From positions 27,815-91,814 of the forward strand of contig DASWRG010000058.1 of the NCBI GenBank assembly GCA_036403295.1: a stretch of 64,000 nt of DNA, written 5' to 3'. Source of the stretch: Pyrinomonadaceae bacterium (GTDB taxonomy: Bacteria; Acidobacteriota; Blastocatellia; Pyrinomonadales; Pyrinomonadaceae). The position numbers were made by a program, and so were the translations under genes. The notes below the pieces were generated by a model, which saw nothing but the letters and a program-made list of their open reading frames with translations, did not search any database and was not told the origin of the DNA. Shown here piece after piece: positions 24,985 to 38,202 of this stretch (positions are counted from its first letter, which is position 1; each line of letters opens with the position of its first letter).

Positions 24985-26817
24985 TCAAGGAACGTAAGCG
25001 GACGGCACGGGCACATCACCGCTCGCGCCGAAAGCTTGCGCGCTCAAAGTGTTGTTATAACTGCTCAAGACGTACCAACTGCCGCTCGACGGGCGAAAGA
25101 CCGCGAGGTCAAACTTGAAGTCGCCGTCGTAATCTCCGGGCACTGGCTTGTCCGTGTTGAGGCCGAAAGCCTGCGCGCGGAGTGTGCCGCTCTGACTGTT
25201 CAAGAGATACCAGTAGCCGTTCGAGGGGCGAAAGACGGCGAGGTCAGCTTTGCTATCTCCGTCATAATCTCCCGCGACGGGCGCGTCGCCGCTCGCGCCA
25301 AAAGCTTGCGCGCGGAGCGTGCTGTTTGAGCTTTGCCGGATATACCATGTGCCGCTCGCCGCTCTGAAGACGGCGATGTCGGTCTGGCCGTCGCCGTCGT
25401 AGTCTGCGGGCGCGGGCGCATCCGTGCCGAGACCGAAAGAGTTCACGCGCAGAGCATTATCAGAGCTTCGCCGTATGTACCAGATGCCCTGACGAAAGAC
25501 CGCCAAATCCGTCTTGCCGTCGCCGTCGAAATCGGAAGCGACGGGCGCGTCGCCGCTCGTGCCGAACATCTCGGCGCGGAACGCTCCATCGGAACTCTGT
25601 AGAATAAACCATGCGCCGTCACGAAAGACTGCGGTGTCCGTGAGGCCATCGCCGTCGTAGTCACCGGGCGCGAGCTTGTCCGTCGAGATGCCGAACTGCC
25701 GCGAGACGATTGCGCCGTTTGAGCTTGATTGTGTGAACCAGTTGCTGCTCGCGGGGCGAAAGACCGAGAGGTCAGTCTTGCCGTCGCCGTCAAAATCGCT
25801 CTGCGGCATCAACAGGTGCGACGGCGCTTGCACGACCTCGAAGTCAGACCCTTTGAGCGCGCCGAGTGTGTGCAACTCGTCATCGCTCCAACGCGTATCG
25901 GGCGAGCCGGAGACGTACCAGTTCGAGCCGTTGTCCGCGAGAATCATCCCGTATTTTTTCATCGCAGTGAGCACAACCTGCATCGCCGGCGAAAAGCCAG
26001 AGACGTTGAAAGAAGCTTTGAGCCGCACGCGCGTGCCCATCGGCGGCAGGCTCGAACTCGTGTCGCTGCTGGCATAGTGCCGAGCCGGATAAATGTATGC
26101 TCTGCGAGTTGACGAGGCGGTGAAACGCAAGGCGTGCTTAATCTCATGCTGCTCGAAGACTTCGTCGTAACGCACGAGGCCGGGAAAGATCGGCAGCCCG
26201 GCGGCGTCCGCCGAAGTCCATCCGGCAGGGCGCAAAGCGTTTGAGTTTAGATCGAAGATCGCGCCGCTGTCCGCGTCCCAGCTTGCGCCCGCGTTGACGG
26301 GCACGGACGTGTACATCTCATAAAGCTTCCATGCGTCGCGGTCAATCACCAGCACGTGCCGGTCGCCGGTTGAATTCGGCCCGCCCTCAATCGGCGCGTC
26401 CGGCGGCACAGGATAAGGGCCAGGGTCGCTCTGGTCGCCGTAGGCCATAAAATTGATGGGGACGCGCGGCTGCGCGCCCGCGACGACGACGTAAGGAATG
26501 CCGTTCGGCGCGCCCGCGTAAACCGTGCCGAAGTCAGGATGCAAACTCACATTCGCGCCCATGCTGCCTATGAGAGTCGCGGAGTTCGGGTCAATCGTCG
26601 CACGCGAGATGTCTTGATTCCAAGCGTTGTTGGCGGGAAAGAGCCTCTTGCCGTGTAGGCTCGCGCCGATGCCGAGGTCTGGAACAGCATTGCTATTATC
26701 ATTTCCTGACGCGCTAATCGGATGACGCGCGCTCGAAAAGATGAGCGCACATCCGAGGAGCGCGAGCGATGACGCGAAGAGGCGTCGCCTGAAAGAGTTT
26801 TTGGAAGCTTTCCTCAT
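24985..26817 (-). CDS. Secreted protein: unknown N-terminal ~330-aa domain plus seven FG-GAP/VCBS-type repeats
   Basis: It has a signal-like N-terminus (MRKASKNSFRRRLFASSLALLGCALIFSSA) and seven repeats of D(F/Y)DGDGKTDLAVFRP..G.WY. ATG 26817 is preferred over the longest ORF start at 26871. Confidence 0.75.
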   Translation of the reverse strand: MRKASKNSFRRRLFASSLALLGCALIFSSARHPISASGNDNSNAVPDLGIGASLHGKRLFPANNAWNQDISRATIDPNSATLIGSMGANVSLHPDFGTVYAGAPNGIPYVVVAGAQPRVPINFMAYGDQSDPGPYPVPPDAPIEGGPNSTGDRHVLVIDRDAWKLYEMYTSVPVNAGASWDADSGAIFDLNSNALRPAGWTSADAAGLPIFPGLVRYDEVFEQHEIKHALRFTASSTRRAYIYPARHYASSDTSSSLPPMGTRVRLKASFNVSGFSPAMQVVLTAMKKYGMILADNGSNWYVSGSPDTRWSDDELHTLGALKGSDFEVVQAPSHLLMPQSDFDGDGKTDLSVFRPASSNWFTQSSSNGAIVSRQFGISTDKLAPGDYDGDGLTDTAVFRDGAWFILQSSDGAFRAEMFGTSGDAPVASDFDGDGKTDLAVFRQGIWYIRRSSDNALRVNSFGLGTDAPAPADYDGDGQTDIAVFRAASGTWYIRQSSNSTLRAQAFGASGDAPVAGDYDGDSKADLAVFRPSNGYWYLLNSQSGTLRAQAFGLNTDKPVPGDYDGDFKFDLAVFRPSSGSWYVLSSYNNTLSAQAFGASGDVPVPSAYVP

Positions 26818-26932
26818 GATGATGACCCACAATGGTTTTGAAGGTGAATTGCCCGTGAGATTGTGGGACAAGAAGGGAACTGACGCTTCTTACCTTAAAA
26901 TTATTTACAGAGTTAAGTCAACAGGAAATTAA

Positions 26933-27023
26933 CCACAGAGGGCACAGAGGAATTTCAAATTCATAAATATCAAATTTGAGATTTCAGATTTGAAATCATT
27001 TAAACCTCTGTGTTCCTCTGTGG
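26933..27023. repeat. Composite hairpin: CACAGAGG-unit outer arms with an AAATCTS-type element in the loop
   Basis: ccacagagggcacagaggaa ... cctctgtgttcctctgtgg. The loop contains aatttgagatttcagatttgaaatc. Confidence 0.8.
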
Positions 27024-27046
27024 TGAAATGTTTTTTAACTCGCGCC

Positions 27047-27997
27047 TTATTTCTTCGCGCGGTGTCGCTTGGTCTCGATGATAAAGTTTTCAAACTGAGG
27101 CTTGAGGCCGGGGTCTAGGCTGAAGCCCGTGGCGAAGTCCTGATCCGCTTCGGCTTCGCGGCCTTCGAGCAGGCGGATGACGCCGCGATTGACATAGCCT
27201 TGCGCCATCTTCGGGTCGAGCGTCAGGGCTTTGGTGTAATCGGCCTCGGCTTCTTTGAACCGCTTCATCTTTTGATAAGCAGTGGCGCGGCTGTAGTACA
27301 TCACCGCATCATCCTTGCCCAGCTCGACCGCTTTGTCGTAATCGTCCAGAGATTTCTGCACGTCGCCTTTGGCCTGCCACACGTTGGCGCGATTGAGATA
27401 GGCTGAAGCGGAAGCTGGTTGACGCTCAATCGCTTTGGTCAGGTCGGCCAGCGCGCCGTCCATGTCGCCCTTCTCCATGAGCACCGTGCCACGGTCGTAA
27501 TAGCCTTCAAAAGCAATCGGTTGGGTCTCGATGGCCTTCGTGTAATCGGCGAGCGCGCCTTCGATGTCGCCTTTGGCGCGGCGCGCATTGCCGCGATTGA
27601 GATAGCCGTTCGTCAGTTGCGGGACGAGTTCGACGGCGGTCGTGAAATCCGTAATCGCCGCGTCGTAATCGCCCCTGGTCAAATAAGCCACGCCGCGATT
27701 GTAGTAGACCATCCGGTCGCGCGGGCTAAGCTCGATGACTTTGCTGTAATCAGCAATCGCGCCGACCGCGTCGCCCTGAGCGAGCCGCGCGTTGCCGCGA
27801 TTGTTGTAGGCTTCGACCATCTTCGGCTTGAGCGAGATCGCGGTGTCGTAGTCGGCAATCGCGCCCGCCAGATCGCCATTCTCCTGCCGCTCCAGCCCGC
27901 GATTTTGATAAGCCTCCGCGTTCGGCAGTTTTTGCGCCTGAGCGGCCAGCACGCCGAACGCGAATGTCATGAGGAGCAGTGAGAAAAAACGAAACAT
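27047..27997 (-). CDS. Tetratricopeptide (TPR) repeat protein with a signal peptide
   Basis: About 8 tandem 34-aa TPR units (..AY.NRG.A....GD...AI.DY..AI.L.P). ATG 27997 (MFRFFSLLLMTFAFGVLAAQA) has GGAG upstream. Confidence 0.8.
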   Translation of the reverse strand: MFRFFSLLLMTFAFGVLAAQAQKLPNAEAYQNRGLERQENGDLAGAIADYDTAISLKPKMVEAYNNRGNARLAQGDAVGAIADYSKVIELSPRDRMVYYNRGVAYLTRGDYDAAITDFTTAVELVPQLTNGYLNRGNARRAKGDIEGALADYTKAIETQPIAFEGYYDRGTVLMEKGDMDGALADLTKAIERQPASASAYLNRANVWQAKGDVQKSLDDYDKAVELGKDDAVMYYSRATAYQKMKRFKEAEADYTKALTLDPKMAQGYVNRGVIRLLEGREAEADQDFATGFSLDPGLKPQFENFIIETKRHRAKK

Positions 27998-28373
27998 AAA
28001 AAAATCTCCGAATAAAATCTTGTGAGCAGCAAGGCGCGCGAGGCGTTTATGCGCGAAGAAACGCAAGCTTTCTCAATTCTAATGTCCTGAGTCGAAATCC
28101 TAAAACCGTTGAGTCAGTGCTGGAAACAAGTGGAATCGTGGATGACCTGTCGCGGGCGCGTGCTTCCCTCTAATGGTTATGTATAATGCCATGTCTGACG
28201 ACTGTCAACAAAGCCAGAATAGATGAAAGAAAATTGATTCGGGATGCCCGAACACAGGAGACGCAAGAAAAATTCTGATTAGCGACACTAATTTCAAACG
28301 CGCGGATTCGTCTCCGGCTCTTTTGATGAATGACGCGCTCGTGTCGTAAACTTTCATAAGAGGAGAGAGGTTG

Positions 28374-28571
28374 ATGATTACAGAAGAACCGGCGGCGGAA
28401 ATTAATCGGGGGCTAACTTTAGCCGAGCGTCGCGCCCACATGAAGTTACCTCTGGCCGAACGCCGCAGGCAATTAGCCGAGCAAGCCGAGCGCATGATTG
28501 AGCATTACGAATCAGAGCCGGAAGCGATGGAACGCGAGTCGTGGCAGGGAGGAGATATTGTCGAATCTTAA
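28374..28571 (+). CDS. Putative antitoxin partner of MazF
   Basis: Small ORF with an acidic C-terminus that overlaps the toxin gene start. It has a strong RBS (AGAGGAGAGAGG). I recognise no fold. Confidence 0.45.
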   Translation: MITEEPAAEINRGLTLAERRAHMKLPLAERRRQLAEQAERMIEHYESEPEAMERESWQGGDIVES

Positions 28572-28923
28572 TCCTCTTGCGCCGAAGCGCGGTGAGATTT
28601 GGCTGGTCAATTTCGACCCGACGGTGGGAGCTGAGATCAGAAAGACTCGTCCTGCCGTAGTTGTTAGCTCGGATGCGGTCGGGCGTTTGCCCATCAAAGT
28701 GGTTGCTCCGGTGACGGACTGGAAAAATCATTACGCTCCAAATATCTGGCACATTCGAATTGATCCCGATTCAATTAATCATCTCGCTAAGACTTCAGCC
28801 ATAGACGTGTTGCAACTGCGAGGCATGGATCAGCAGCGATTCATTCGCCTGCTTGGAAAAGTCTCAGCTGAAACGCTGGAAGAAATTGTGCTCGCTATCG
28901 CAGCTATCATCGAATATCAGTAG
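28498..28923 (+). CDS. mazF: MazF/PemK-family type II toxin endoribonuclease
   Basis: PKRGEIWLVNFDPTVGAEIRKTRPAVVVS...VAPVT is the canonical PemK/MazF signature. The start is uncertain: ATG 28498, or TTG 28558, which would overlap the antitoxin stop. Confidence 0.85.
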   Translation: MSITNQSRKRWNASRGREEILSNLNPLAPKRGEIWLVNFDPTVGAEIRKTRPAVVVSSDAVGRLPIKVVAPVTDWKNHYAPNIWHIRIDPDSINHLAKTSAIDVLQLRGMDQQRFIRLLGKVSAETLEEIVLAIAAIIEYQ

Positions 28924-32139
<3,216 letters not shown>

Positions 32140-32142
32140 AAG

Positions 32143-32259
32143 TCACCGCAGAGACGCGGAGACGCAGAGGAAAAATAAGAGTAGGCAGTTAGCAGTGCGC
32201 AGTTGGTAGTAATACTTGACTTTTATCTTTCTTGTATCGTCTCTGCGTCTCTGCGGTGA
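32143..32259. repeat. Tandem-unit hairpin element, CGCAGAGA family, with a ~67-nt loop containing GCAGTT tandem units
   Basis: tcaccgcagagacgcggagacgcagagg ... cgtctctgcgtctctgcggtga. The loop contains aggcagttagcagtgcgcagttgg. Confidence 0.8.
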
Positions 32260-32282
32260 GCAATTATTTTCAAGGGAAACAA

Positions 32283-32690
32283 ATGGAAATCAACAGCCGC
32301 GAAACCATCAAACAAATCTTGGACGAGTGCCGCGTCATCGCCGTCGTCGGCCTTTCATCAAGCCCCATGCGCGCCTCGCACGGCGTCGCCGGATACATGC
32401 GCAAGCAGGGCTACAAAATTATTCCGGTGAACCCGAACGAATCGCAGGTCTTCGGCGAACAAGCTTATCCGTCTTTGGACGAAGTTCCCGAAAAAATAGA
32501 CCTCGTGGATGTCTTTCGTCGCTCCGACGAGGCGGGCGAAGTCGTTGACCAGGCGATCAAACTCGGCGCGAAAGCCGTCTGGCTGCAAGAAGGCGTGATA
32601 GACCGCGACGCCGCCCAACGCGCCCTCGACGCAGGCTTGCTCGTCGTGATGGATCGCTGCTGGCTCAAAGAACATATCATGCATAAATAG
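32283..32690 (+). CDS. CoA-binding domain protein (YccU/YneT-like)
   Basis: IAVVGLSSSPMRASHGVAGYMRKQGYKIIPVNP...VDVFR...AVWLQEG. ATG 32283 is preferred because the longer ORF N-terminus merely translates the hairpin arm. Confidence 0.8.
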   Translation: MEINSRETIKQILDECRVIAVVGLSSSPMRASHGVAGYMRKQGYKIIPVNPNESQVFGEQAYPSLDEVPEKIDLVDVFRRSDEAGEVVDQAIKLGAKAVWLQEGVIDRDAAQRALDAGLLVVMDRCWLKEHIMHK

Positions 32691-32710
32691 TCTGCCGTAT
32701 CCGCGTTCCA

Positions 32711-32953
32711 TTACCATTCTTCAGGAGGCAAAGAAGCTGCTTGCATTGCTTGAAGGCTAACGTCCAACTCGGACGACTGAGTTGCATAAACGTCATCCAG
32801 TTGTTTTGTGATGTCACTCCCATTTTGCTCGCGTTGCGAAACGGCTTCTTTGATGACAAATGCAATATAATCTTCAAGCGGGATGCCGCTCTGGCTGGCC
32901 TGTTTGCGGGCATAAGTCTCAATCTCTGGTTTTAATTCGATTGTAATTGTCAT
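32711..32953 (-). CDS. Small antitoxin-like protein (orphan); function uncertain
   Basis: 80 aa from ATG 32953 (MTITIELKPEIETYARKQASQSGIPLEDYIAFVIKEAV...). It reads as a ribbon-helix-helix-like N-terminus, and no partner gene lies downstream. Confidence 0.35.
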   Translation of the reverse strand: MTITIELKPEIETYARKQASQSGIPLEDYIAFVIKEAVSQREQNGSDITKQLDDVYATQSSELDVSLQAMQAASLPPEEW

Positions 32954-33008
32954 GTCCGGGATTTTAGCACAAAGTGAATTGAGCCAATGATAGAGTTGAA
33001 GAATAAAG

Positions 33009-33506
33009 ATGAAGAAAGTGGAAATTCGTGCGGTTGTCATTACCGTTAGCGACCGCTCGGCGCGTGGCGAGCAGGAGGACGTGTCGGGCGAGATGTTGGT
33101 CAAGCTCTTGAAAGAGAGCGGGGCGCAGCTCGTTGCGACTGAAATCGTGTCGGATGACCTTGCTCCTCTGGCTGAGAAGCTGTGCTTTTATGCAGACCGC
33201 TCGGATGTGAACCTGATCGTGACGACGGGCGGGACTGGTTTTAGCCCGCGCGACAATACGCCGGAGGCGACACGCGCCGTGATTCAAAAGGAGGCTTCGG
33301 GACTCAGCGAAGCCATGCGTTTGAAGACGCTCGGCAAGACGCCTCTGGCGATGCTCTCGCGCGGCGTGTGCGGCATACGCTCTGAGGCTCTGATTATCAA
33401 CCTGCCCGGTTCGCCAAAGGGCGTGCGCGAAAGCTTCGCCGTCATCAAGCCTGTCCTTCATCATGCCGTCGCTCTGCTGGCTGGCAAACCGCATGATGAA
33501 GCTTGA
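33009..33506 (+). CDS. mogA: Molybdenum cofactor biosynthesis protein MogA/MoaB family
   Basis: VITVSDR...VNLIVTTGGTGFSPRDNTPEAT...INLPGSPKG is the MoCF_biosynth signature. Confidence 0.85.
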   Translation: MKKVEIRAVVITVSDRSARGEQEDVSGEMLVKLLKESGAQLVATEIVSDDLAPLAEKLCFYADRSDVNLIVTTGGTGFSPRDNTPEATRAVIQKEASGLSEAMRLKTLGKTPLAMLSRGVCGIRSEALIINLPGSPKGVRESFAVIKPVLHHAVALLAGKPHDEA

Positions 33507-33532
33507 GGCTTTACGGCTTCACAAAAGAAAAT

Positions 33533-33561
33533 TTGACAAGCCTCTGAACGATGCATAGACT
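33533..33561 (+). promoter_or_regulatory. Candidate nuoA promoter (TTGACA, 17 nt, TAGACT)
   Basis: TTGACA at 33533-33538 and TAGACT at 33556-33561. Confidence 0.45.
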
Positions 33562-33615
33562 CAGGTTTAAGTCAGGCGATAAATTTTCAGCGACGCGTTG
33601 AGGAGAGACTTGGGA

Positions 33616-34035
33616 ATGCTCGGTGCGATACTTCTGCAAACAACTGCGGCACATCAGGTGGGCAGTCCGATCACGGCTTACTGGCCGGTGATGATCTTCT
33701 TCGTCTTTGCTCTCATCTTCCCGGTGCTGCCGATTGTGTTAGGACGCTTCGTGCGTCCGATGATTTACAACAAGGCGAAGATGCGGCCTTATGAGTGCGG
33801 CATAGACCCGACGACGGAGGCGCACGACCGCTTCACGGTTCGTTACTACATCGTCGCCATGCTCTTTCTGATCTTCGATGTCGAGACGATTTTTCTGTTG
33901 CCGTGGGCGATTATCTTCATGGGCGACGATTTCACTTTCACCAAATTCGCCTTGATAGAGATGTTCGTCTTCATCGGCATCCTGATCGTCGGCTACTACT
34001 ACGCTTGGCGCAAAGGCGCGCTGGAATGGGCTTAA
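33616..34035 (+). CDS. nuoA: NADH-quinone oxidoreductase subunit A
   Basis: The YECG..P motif (PYECGIDP), three TM helices, and a GAGGAGAG RBS upstream of ATG 33616. Confidence 0.9.
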   Translation: MLGAILLQTTAAHQVGSPITAYWPVMIFFVFALIFPVLPIVLGRFVRPMIYNKAKMRPYECGIDPTTEAHDRFTVRYYIVAMLFLIFDVETIFLLPWAIIFMGDDFTFTKFALIEMFVFIGILIVGYYYAWRKGALEWA

Positions 34036-34037
34036 CG

Positions 34038-34098
34038 CAGTTTTCAGTTTTTAGTTTTCAGCACGAACTAAAAACTAAAAACTGAAAACTGAAAACTG
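34038..34098. repeat. Tandem-unit hairpin element, AGTTTTY family (copy 1 of 4)
   Basis: cagttttcagtttttagttttcag - cacgaa - ctaaaaactaaaaactgaaaactgaaaactg. It starts 2 nt after the nuoA stop and ends 3 nt before the nuoB ATG. Confidence 0.9.
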
Positions 34099-34101
34099 AT
34101 T

Positions 34102-34743
34102 ATGGCTGAACACGAAGAAGGATTTGTCTTAACGACGGTTGATTCGATCATCAACTCTGTGCGGCGCAGTTTGGGCGCGAAGGCGATGGATGTGGGCGCG
34201 CCTGTGGTCAACTGGGCGCGCAAGTCCGCGCTGTGGCCGATGACGTTCGGCCTCGCCTGTTGCGCGATTGAGATGATTGCGACCGGCGCGGGACGCTTTG
34301 ACATAGACCGTTTCGGCGCGGGAGTCTTTCGCCCGTCGCCCCGACAGAGCGACCTGATTATCATCGCGGGCACTGTGACCTTGAAGATGGGGCCGGTCGT
34401 CCGCAGAGTTTACGAGCAGATGCCCGAGCCGAAATGGGCGATAGCGATGGGCGCGTGCGCTTCGACCGGCGGGCCGTTCGATTCTTATTCCACCATGCAA
34501 GGCGTTGATCGCTGCATCCCGGTGGACGTTTACATCCCCGGCTGCCCGCCGCGTCCCGAAGCCCTGCTCTATGGCCTGATGCGCCTCCAAGACATCATCA
34601 TGCGCGAACATCCGTCGGCCTATATCTTTGAATCGGACGGCACGGTCCATCGCCGCCGCCAGCTCGAAGGCGATGACGAGCTGCAAGAGCTTTCGCCTCT
34701 CGACCGTGAAGCCGAAGAGGCTGTGACGGCTATCATGAAATAG
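34102..34743 (+). CDS. nuoB: NADH-quinone oxidoreductase subunit B
   Basis: GLACCAIEM...[10 protein letters not shown]...[10 protein letters not shown] (N2 cluster ligands). Confidence 0.95.
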   Translation: MAEHEEGFVLTTVDSIINSVRRSLGAKAMDVGAPVVNWARKSALWPMTFGLACCAIEMIATGAGRFDIDRFGAGVFRPSPRQSDLIIIAGTVTLKMGPVVRRVYEQMPEPKWAIAMGACASTGGPFDSYSTMQGVDRCIPVDVYIPGCPPRPEALLYGLMRLQDIIMREHPSAYIFESDGTVHRRRQLEGDDELQELSPLDREAEEAVTAIMK

Positions 34744-34929
34744 CCGTCGCGCCATGTCAGCTGCATCGGCGCATAAAAGCGGCGCGTTCTTGCCCGCTCA
34801 AAATAGTTGTTGAGTTTCCAACCTTATCAGAGTAAGCTCTCGGCGCTTATTTAGCAGGCTTTCTTTCCCGCGATTCGCTCAACCGCCGTCTCTTAGTCAG
34901 GCAACAAACTACAACCGGAGGACAACCTC

Positions 34930-36300
34930 ATGAATCTCCAATCGTTAATCACATGGGTGCAGGCACATCCTAGCGGCGCTATCTTCTTAGGCATCATGCT
35001 GTTCTTCGTTCTGATGGGAGTAGCCCAGAAGATAGGCTGGCATATCTGGTATTTCGTCGTGCCCCTGCTGGCTTTATTCGGAGCGCGGGCGATAGGCGAT
35101 CTGCTCTACTTCTATGCCTTCGTGTTGGGCATGCTGACCGCTTTCGCCGAAATCATCAGCAAGTTTAATGATGAGCCCATCAAGTCGCTCAAGACGCCGC
35201 ATGCGGTGATCTATCACACGTTGAATGGGTTGATTGCGGCCTTCGCGCTGTACGTGCTCTACATCTTCGGAGTTGCCAGCAACACCCCGGCAGACCAGTT
35301 GAAGCTGGTGCTGGCTGCCGGGCTCGGTTCAATGTTGGTGATGCGCTCCAAGCTGTTCAATATCAAATCCGGCGAAGAAGACATCTCATTCGGCCCCGAA
35401 CAAATCATCAAGATTTACTTTCGCTTTATGGAAGCCGCGATTGATCGCGTCCGGGCGCGCTCAAGAATCTCATTCATCAAAACAAAGATGGGTAATATTC
35501 ATTTCGAGAAGGTCTATGAACATAGCTTAACCATGCTTCGGGCGCCGCAGGCGTGGGATCCTAAAGCCAAAACTTTATGTCAGGCTGAGATAATGAAGCT
35601 CAAGGAAGAGGTGGCGGACGTGCAGCTCAAATCCTACCAGTTGGGCTTTGTCCTCATGAACGCGATGGGCGAAGATTTTGTCTCTGAACTCTTCGACAAT
35701 GCTTCGGATGACTGGAAAATCGACCCGTCAAAGGAAAAGGATGGCAAGAAGAAAAATCTCTTCTCGGTGGAGGAATCGAATCCGCTCTCCGCGCTCCCGT
35801 TCATCGGCACCAAAAATCAGAGCTATTTCGCCTACGGCTCGAATATGTCCGAGCAGAAGTTGCTCACACGGCTGGGCTGGGAGGTTGAGGAGACCCAATT
35901 CCCGGCCTTGACGAAGCCCCAAAAATGCGTCCTCGAAAACTACCGCCTCGCTTTTAACAAGCCGGATCGTGAGGGACCGAATGCGGAAGGGATGCCCAAC
36001 ATCGTGGAAACACCCGGCGGAAAGGTCGAAGGAATCTTATATCAACTCCCGAAGGATGCAATGGAGATTATTGACTACTCCGAAGTCGGTTACAAACGAA
36101 AGCCGGATGTAGAGGTGAAGGTCGGTAACAAAAAGATGAAAGCGCACGTCTATGTCGCGGAATCAACCTCCGAAGGACTCAAACCGAATACAGAATCCTT
36201 ATCCCTGGTGCTGGACGCGGCGAGGACGCAGCAGCTAGACCCGGAATATATCAAGGAGCTTGAAGCCTGGAAAAATGAGCCGGTCAGCCGCCGCGTTTAA
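34930..36300 (+). CDS. Multi-pass membrane protein fused to a C-terminal gamma-glutamylcyclotransferase (GGCT/AIG2-like) domain
   Basis: There are four or more N-terminal TM helices. The C-terminal YFAYGSNMSEQKLLTRLG...ENYRLAFNKP...GKVEGILYQL...AHVYVA fits the GGCT/AIG2 pattern. A GGAGGA RBS is present. Confidence 0.6.
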   Translation: MNLQSLITWVQAHPSGAIFLGIMLFFVLMGVAQKIGWHIWYFVVPLLALFGARAIGDLLYFYAFVLGMLTAFAEIISKFNDEPIKSLKTPHAVIYHTLNGLIAAFALYVLYIFGVASNTPADQLKLVLAAGLGSMLVMRSKLFNIKSGEEDISFGPEQIIKIYFRFMEAAIDRVRARSRISFIKTKMGNIHFEKVYEHSLTMLRAPQAWDPKAKTLCQAEIMKLKEEVADVQLKSYQLGFVLMNAMGEDFVSELFDNASDDWKIDPSKEKDGKKKNLFSVEESNPLSALPFIGTKNQSYFAYGSNMSEQKLLTRLGWEVEETQFPALTKPQKCVLENYRLAFNKPDREGPNAEGMPNIVETPGGKVEGILYQLPKDAMEIIDYSEVGYKRKPDVEVKVGNKKMKAHVYVAESTSEGLKPNTESLSLVLDAARTQQLDPEYIKELEAWKNEPVSRRV

Positions 36301-36379
36301 GAAGCCGCTGCCCGCGCGATGAGTTGACACATCTTTCGATCATCGAGAGCGCGAGCTGCGCGATTCGTCGTTGAATACG

Positions 36380-37012
36380 CTACAGGCCGGAGAGGTGGCG
36401 CGTGTCGTTGATGGCGAGCACGCGGACAAAGCCGTCTGTGCGCAGGTCAATTCGTGAGATGCCGCAGTTGGCCGTGCTAATCCAGACTGGTTTCAACTCC
36501 GGCGCGTCGAGTGCGCCCATCAGATGCAGTGTGAGAATGCAGATCGTGCCGGTGTGCGTGAAGATGGCGACGCGCCCGCCTTTGTGCGCGGCGATGATCC
36601 GGTCTAGCTCGCGTGAGGCGCGGTCGAGCATCTGGCGATAGCTCTCGCCGCCTAAAATTACGTGCTCGAAATCTCTCCTAAGCAACGCCGCATATTGTTC
36701 AGGATGCTGTGCGGCGGCCTCTTCAAAAGACAAGCCTTCCATCACGCCGACGCTGCGTTCACGAAAAGCCTCTGTCGATAAGACCTCAAGCCCTGTGAGC
36801 TGCGCGAGCGGCGTCGCCGTCGCCACTGCGCGCGGCAAGTCTGACGAATAAATCGCGTTGAACTTTTCCGGCGCGAGCGCACGCGCCGTCGCGTCCGCTT
36901 CACGCCGCCCGCGCTCCGAGAGCGGCGTCGCCGTGTGTCCGCCAAAACGCCCCTCCGCGTTGCCCTCGGATTGACCATGACGGATTAGAAGCAATCTTGT
37001 CGTTTCAGACAT
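36380..37012 (-). CDS. Histidine phosphatase family protein (phosphoglycerate mutase-like)
   Basis: LLLIRHGQSEGN (RHG motif) and a later H in IFTHTG. ATG 37012 is preferred because the longer ORF start lies inside the hairpin arm. Confidence 0.8.
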   Translation of the reverse strand: MSETTRLLLIRHGQSEGNAEGRFGGHTATPLSERGRREADATARALAPEKFNAIYSSDLPRAVATATPLAQLTGLEVLSTEAFRERSVGVMEGLSFEEAAAQHPEQYAALLRRDFEHVILGGESYRQMLDRASRELDRIIAAHKGGRVAIFTHTGTICILTLHLMGALDAPELKPVWISTANCGISRIDLRTDGFVRVLAINDTRHLSGL

Positions 37013-37020
37013 AGTAAAAA

Positions 37021-37099
37021 AGTGATGGGTCATGAGTGATGAGTGATGAGAGACAAGCTGTTGTCTTTAACTCATTACTCGTCACTCATCACTCGTCAC
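37021..37099. repeat. Tandem-unit hairpin element, GTGATGA family
   Basis: gtgatgggtcatgagtgatgagtgatgagagacaagct ... ctcattactcgtcactcatcactcgtcact. Confidence 0.8.
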
Positions 37100-37104
37100 T
37101 GCTT

Positions 37105-38181
37105 TTACGCCGCGACTGCTTCGGCCTTCAGCTTTTCTGCCTGGTAATGTGTCGTGAGGGCGTTGATGATTTCGTCGAGCGCACCTTCCATGACGAGGTT
37201 TAGTTGATGAATGGTCAGGCCGATGCGATGGTCTGAGACGCGGTTATCTTTAAAGTTGTAAGTGCGAATCTTTTCCGAGCGGTCGCCTGAGCCGACCATC
37301 GAGCGGCGTTCGGAGGCGAGGGCTTCGTGCTGCTTCTGCTCTTCCAATTCCTGAAGGCGCGCACGCAGGACTCTCATCGCCTTCTCACGATTCTTGATCT
37401 GCGATTTCTCGTCCTGCATCGAGACGACCGTGTTGGTCGGAAGATGCGTGATGCGAACCGCCGAGTAGGTCGTGTTCACAGACTGGCCGCCCGGCCCCGA
37501 AGAGCAGAAGGTGTCTATGCGTAAATCCTTCTGGTCAATCTTCACGTCAACCTCTTCGGCTTCGGGCAGCACCGCGACGGTGACGGCGGAGGTGTGTATG
37601 CGCCCGCTCGTCTCAGTCTGCGGAACGCGCTGGACGCGATGAACGCCGGATTCGTGTTTGAGCTTCGAGTAAACCTTGTCGCCTTCGATCAAAGCGATGG
37701 CTTCCTTGACGCCGCCGATGCCGGATTCCGAAGCGTCCATAATCTCCATGCGCCACCCCTGCCGCTCGGCGTAACGCGCGTACATCCTGAGCATCTCGGC
37801 TGCAAAGAGCGATGCCTCGTCGCCGCCCGTTCCCGCGCGAATCTCCAGGATGACGTTCTTCTCATCATTCGGGTCTGACGGAATCAGAAGCAGCTTCAAG
37901 TCCGCGTCGCACTGCTCAAGCCGCGCCTGCAAAGTGTCAATCTCAACGCGAGCCAGCTCGCGCATCTCTTCGTCGTCGGCTGTGTCGAGCAGTTCGCGCG
38001 CGCCCGTCAACTGGTCATTTAAAGCTTTCCACTCGCGGTATTTTTCCACGACTTCGCCGAGACTCCGATGCTGCTTCGCGGCCTTCGTGTAAGCAGCTTG
38101 ATCCGGGAATGAATCCCTCGAAGAGAGCTGTTCGGTCAGCTCTTCATAGTGTGTGACAATTTGTTCTAATCTATCGAGCAT
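37105..38181 (-). CDS. prfA: Peptide chain release factor 1
   Basis: It has the GGQ motif ([11 protein letters not shown]) and the RF1-type P-x-T motif ([14 protein letters not shown]). Confidence 0.95.
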   Translation of the reverse strand: MLDRLEQIVTHYEELTEQLSSRDSFPDQAAYTKAAKQHRSLGEVVEKYREWKALNDQLTGARELLDTADDEEMRELARVEIDTLQARLEQCDADLKLLLIPSDPNDEKNVILEIRAGTGGDEASLFAAEMLRMYARYAERQGWRMEIMDASESGIGGVKEAIALIEGDKVYSKLKHESGVHRVQRVPQTETSGRIHTSAVTVAVLPEAEEVDVKIDQKDLRIDTFCSSGPGGQSVNTTYSAVRITHLPTNTVVSMQDEKSQIKNREKAMRVLRARLQELEEQKQHEALASERRSMVGSGDRSEKIRTYNFKDNRVSDHRIGLTIHQLNLVMEGALDEIINALTTHYQAEKLKAEAVAA

Positions 38182-38202
38182 AATTTATATTTTGATTTTG
38201 AT

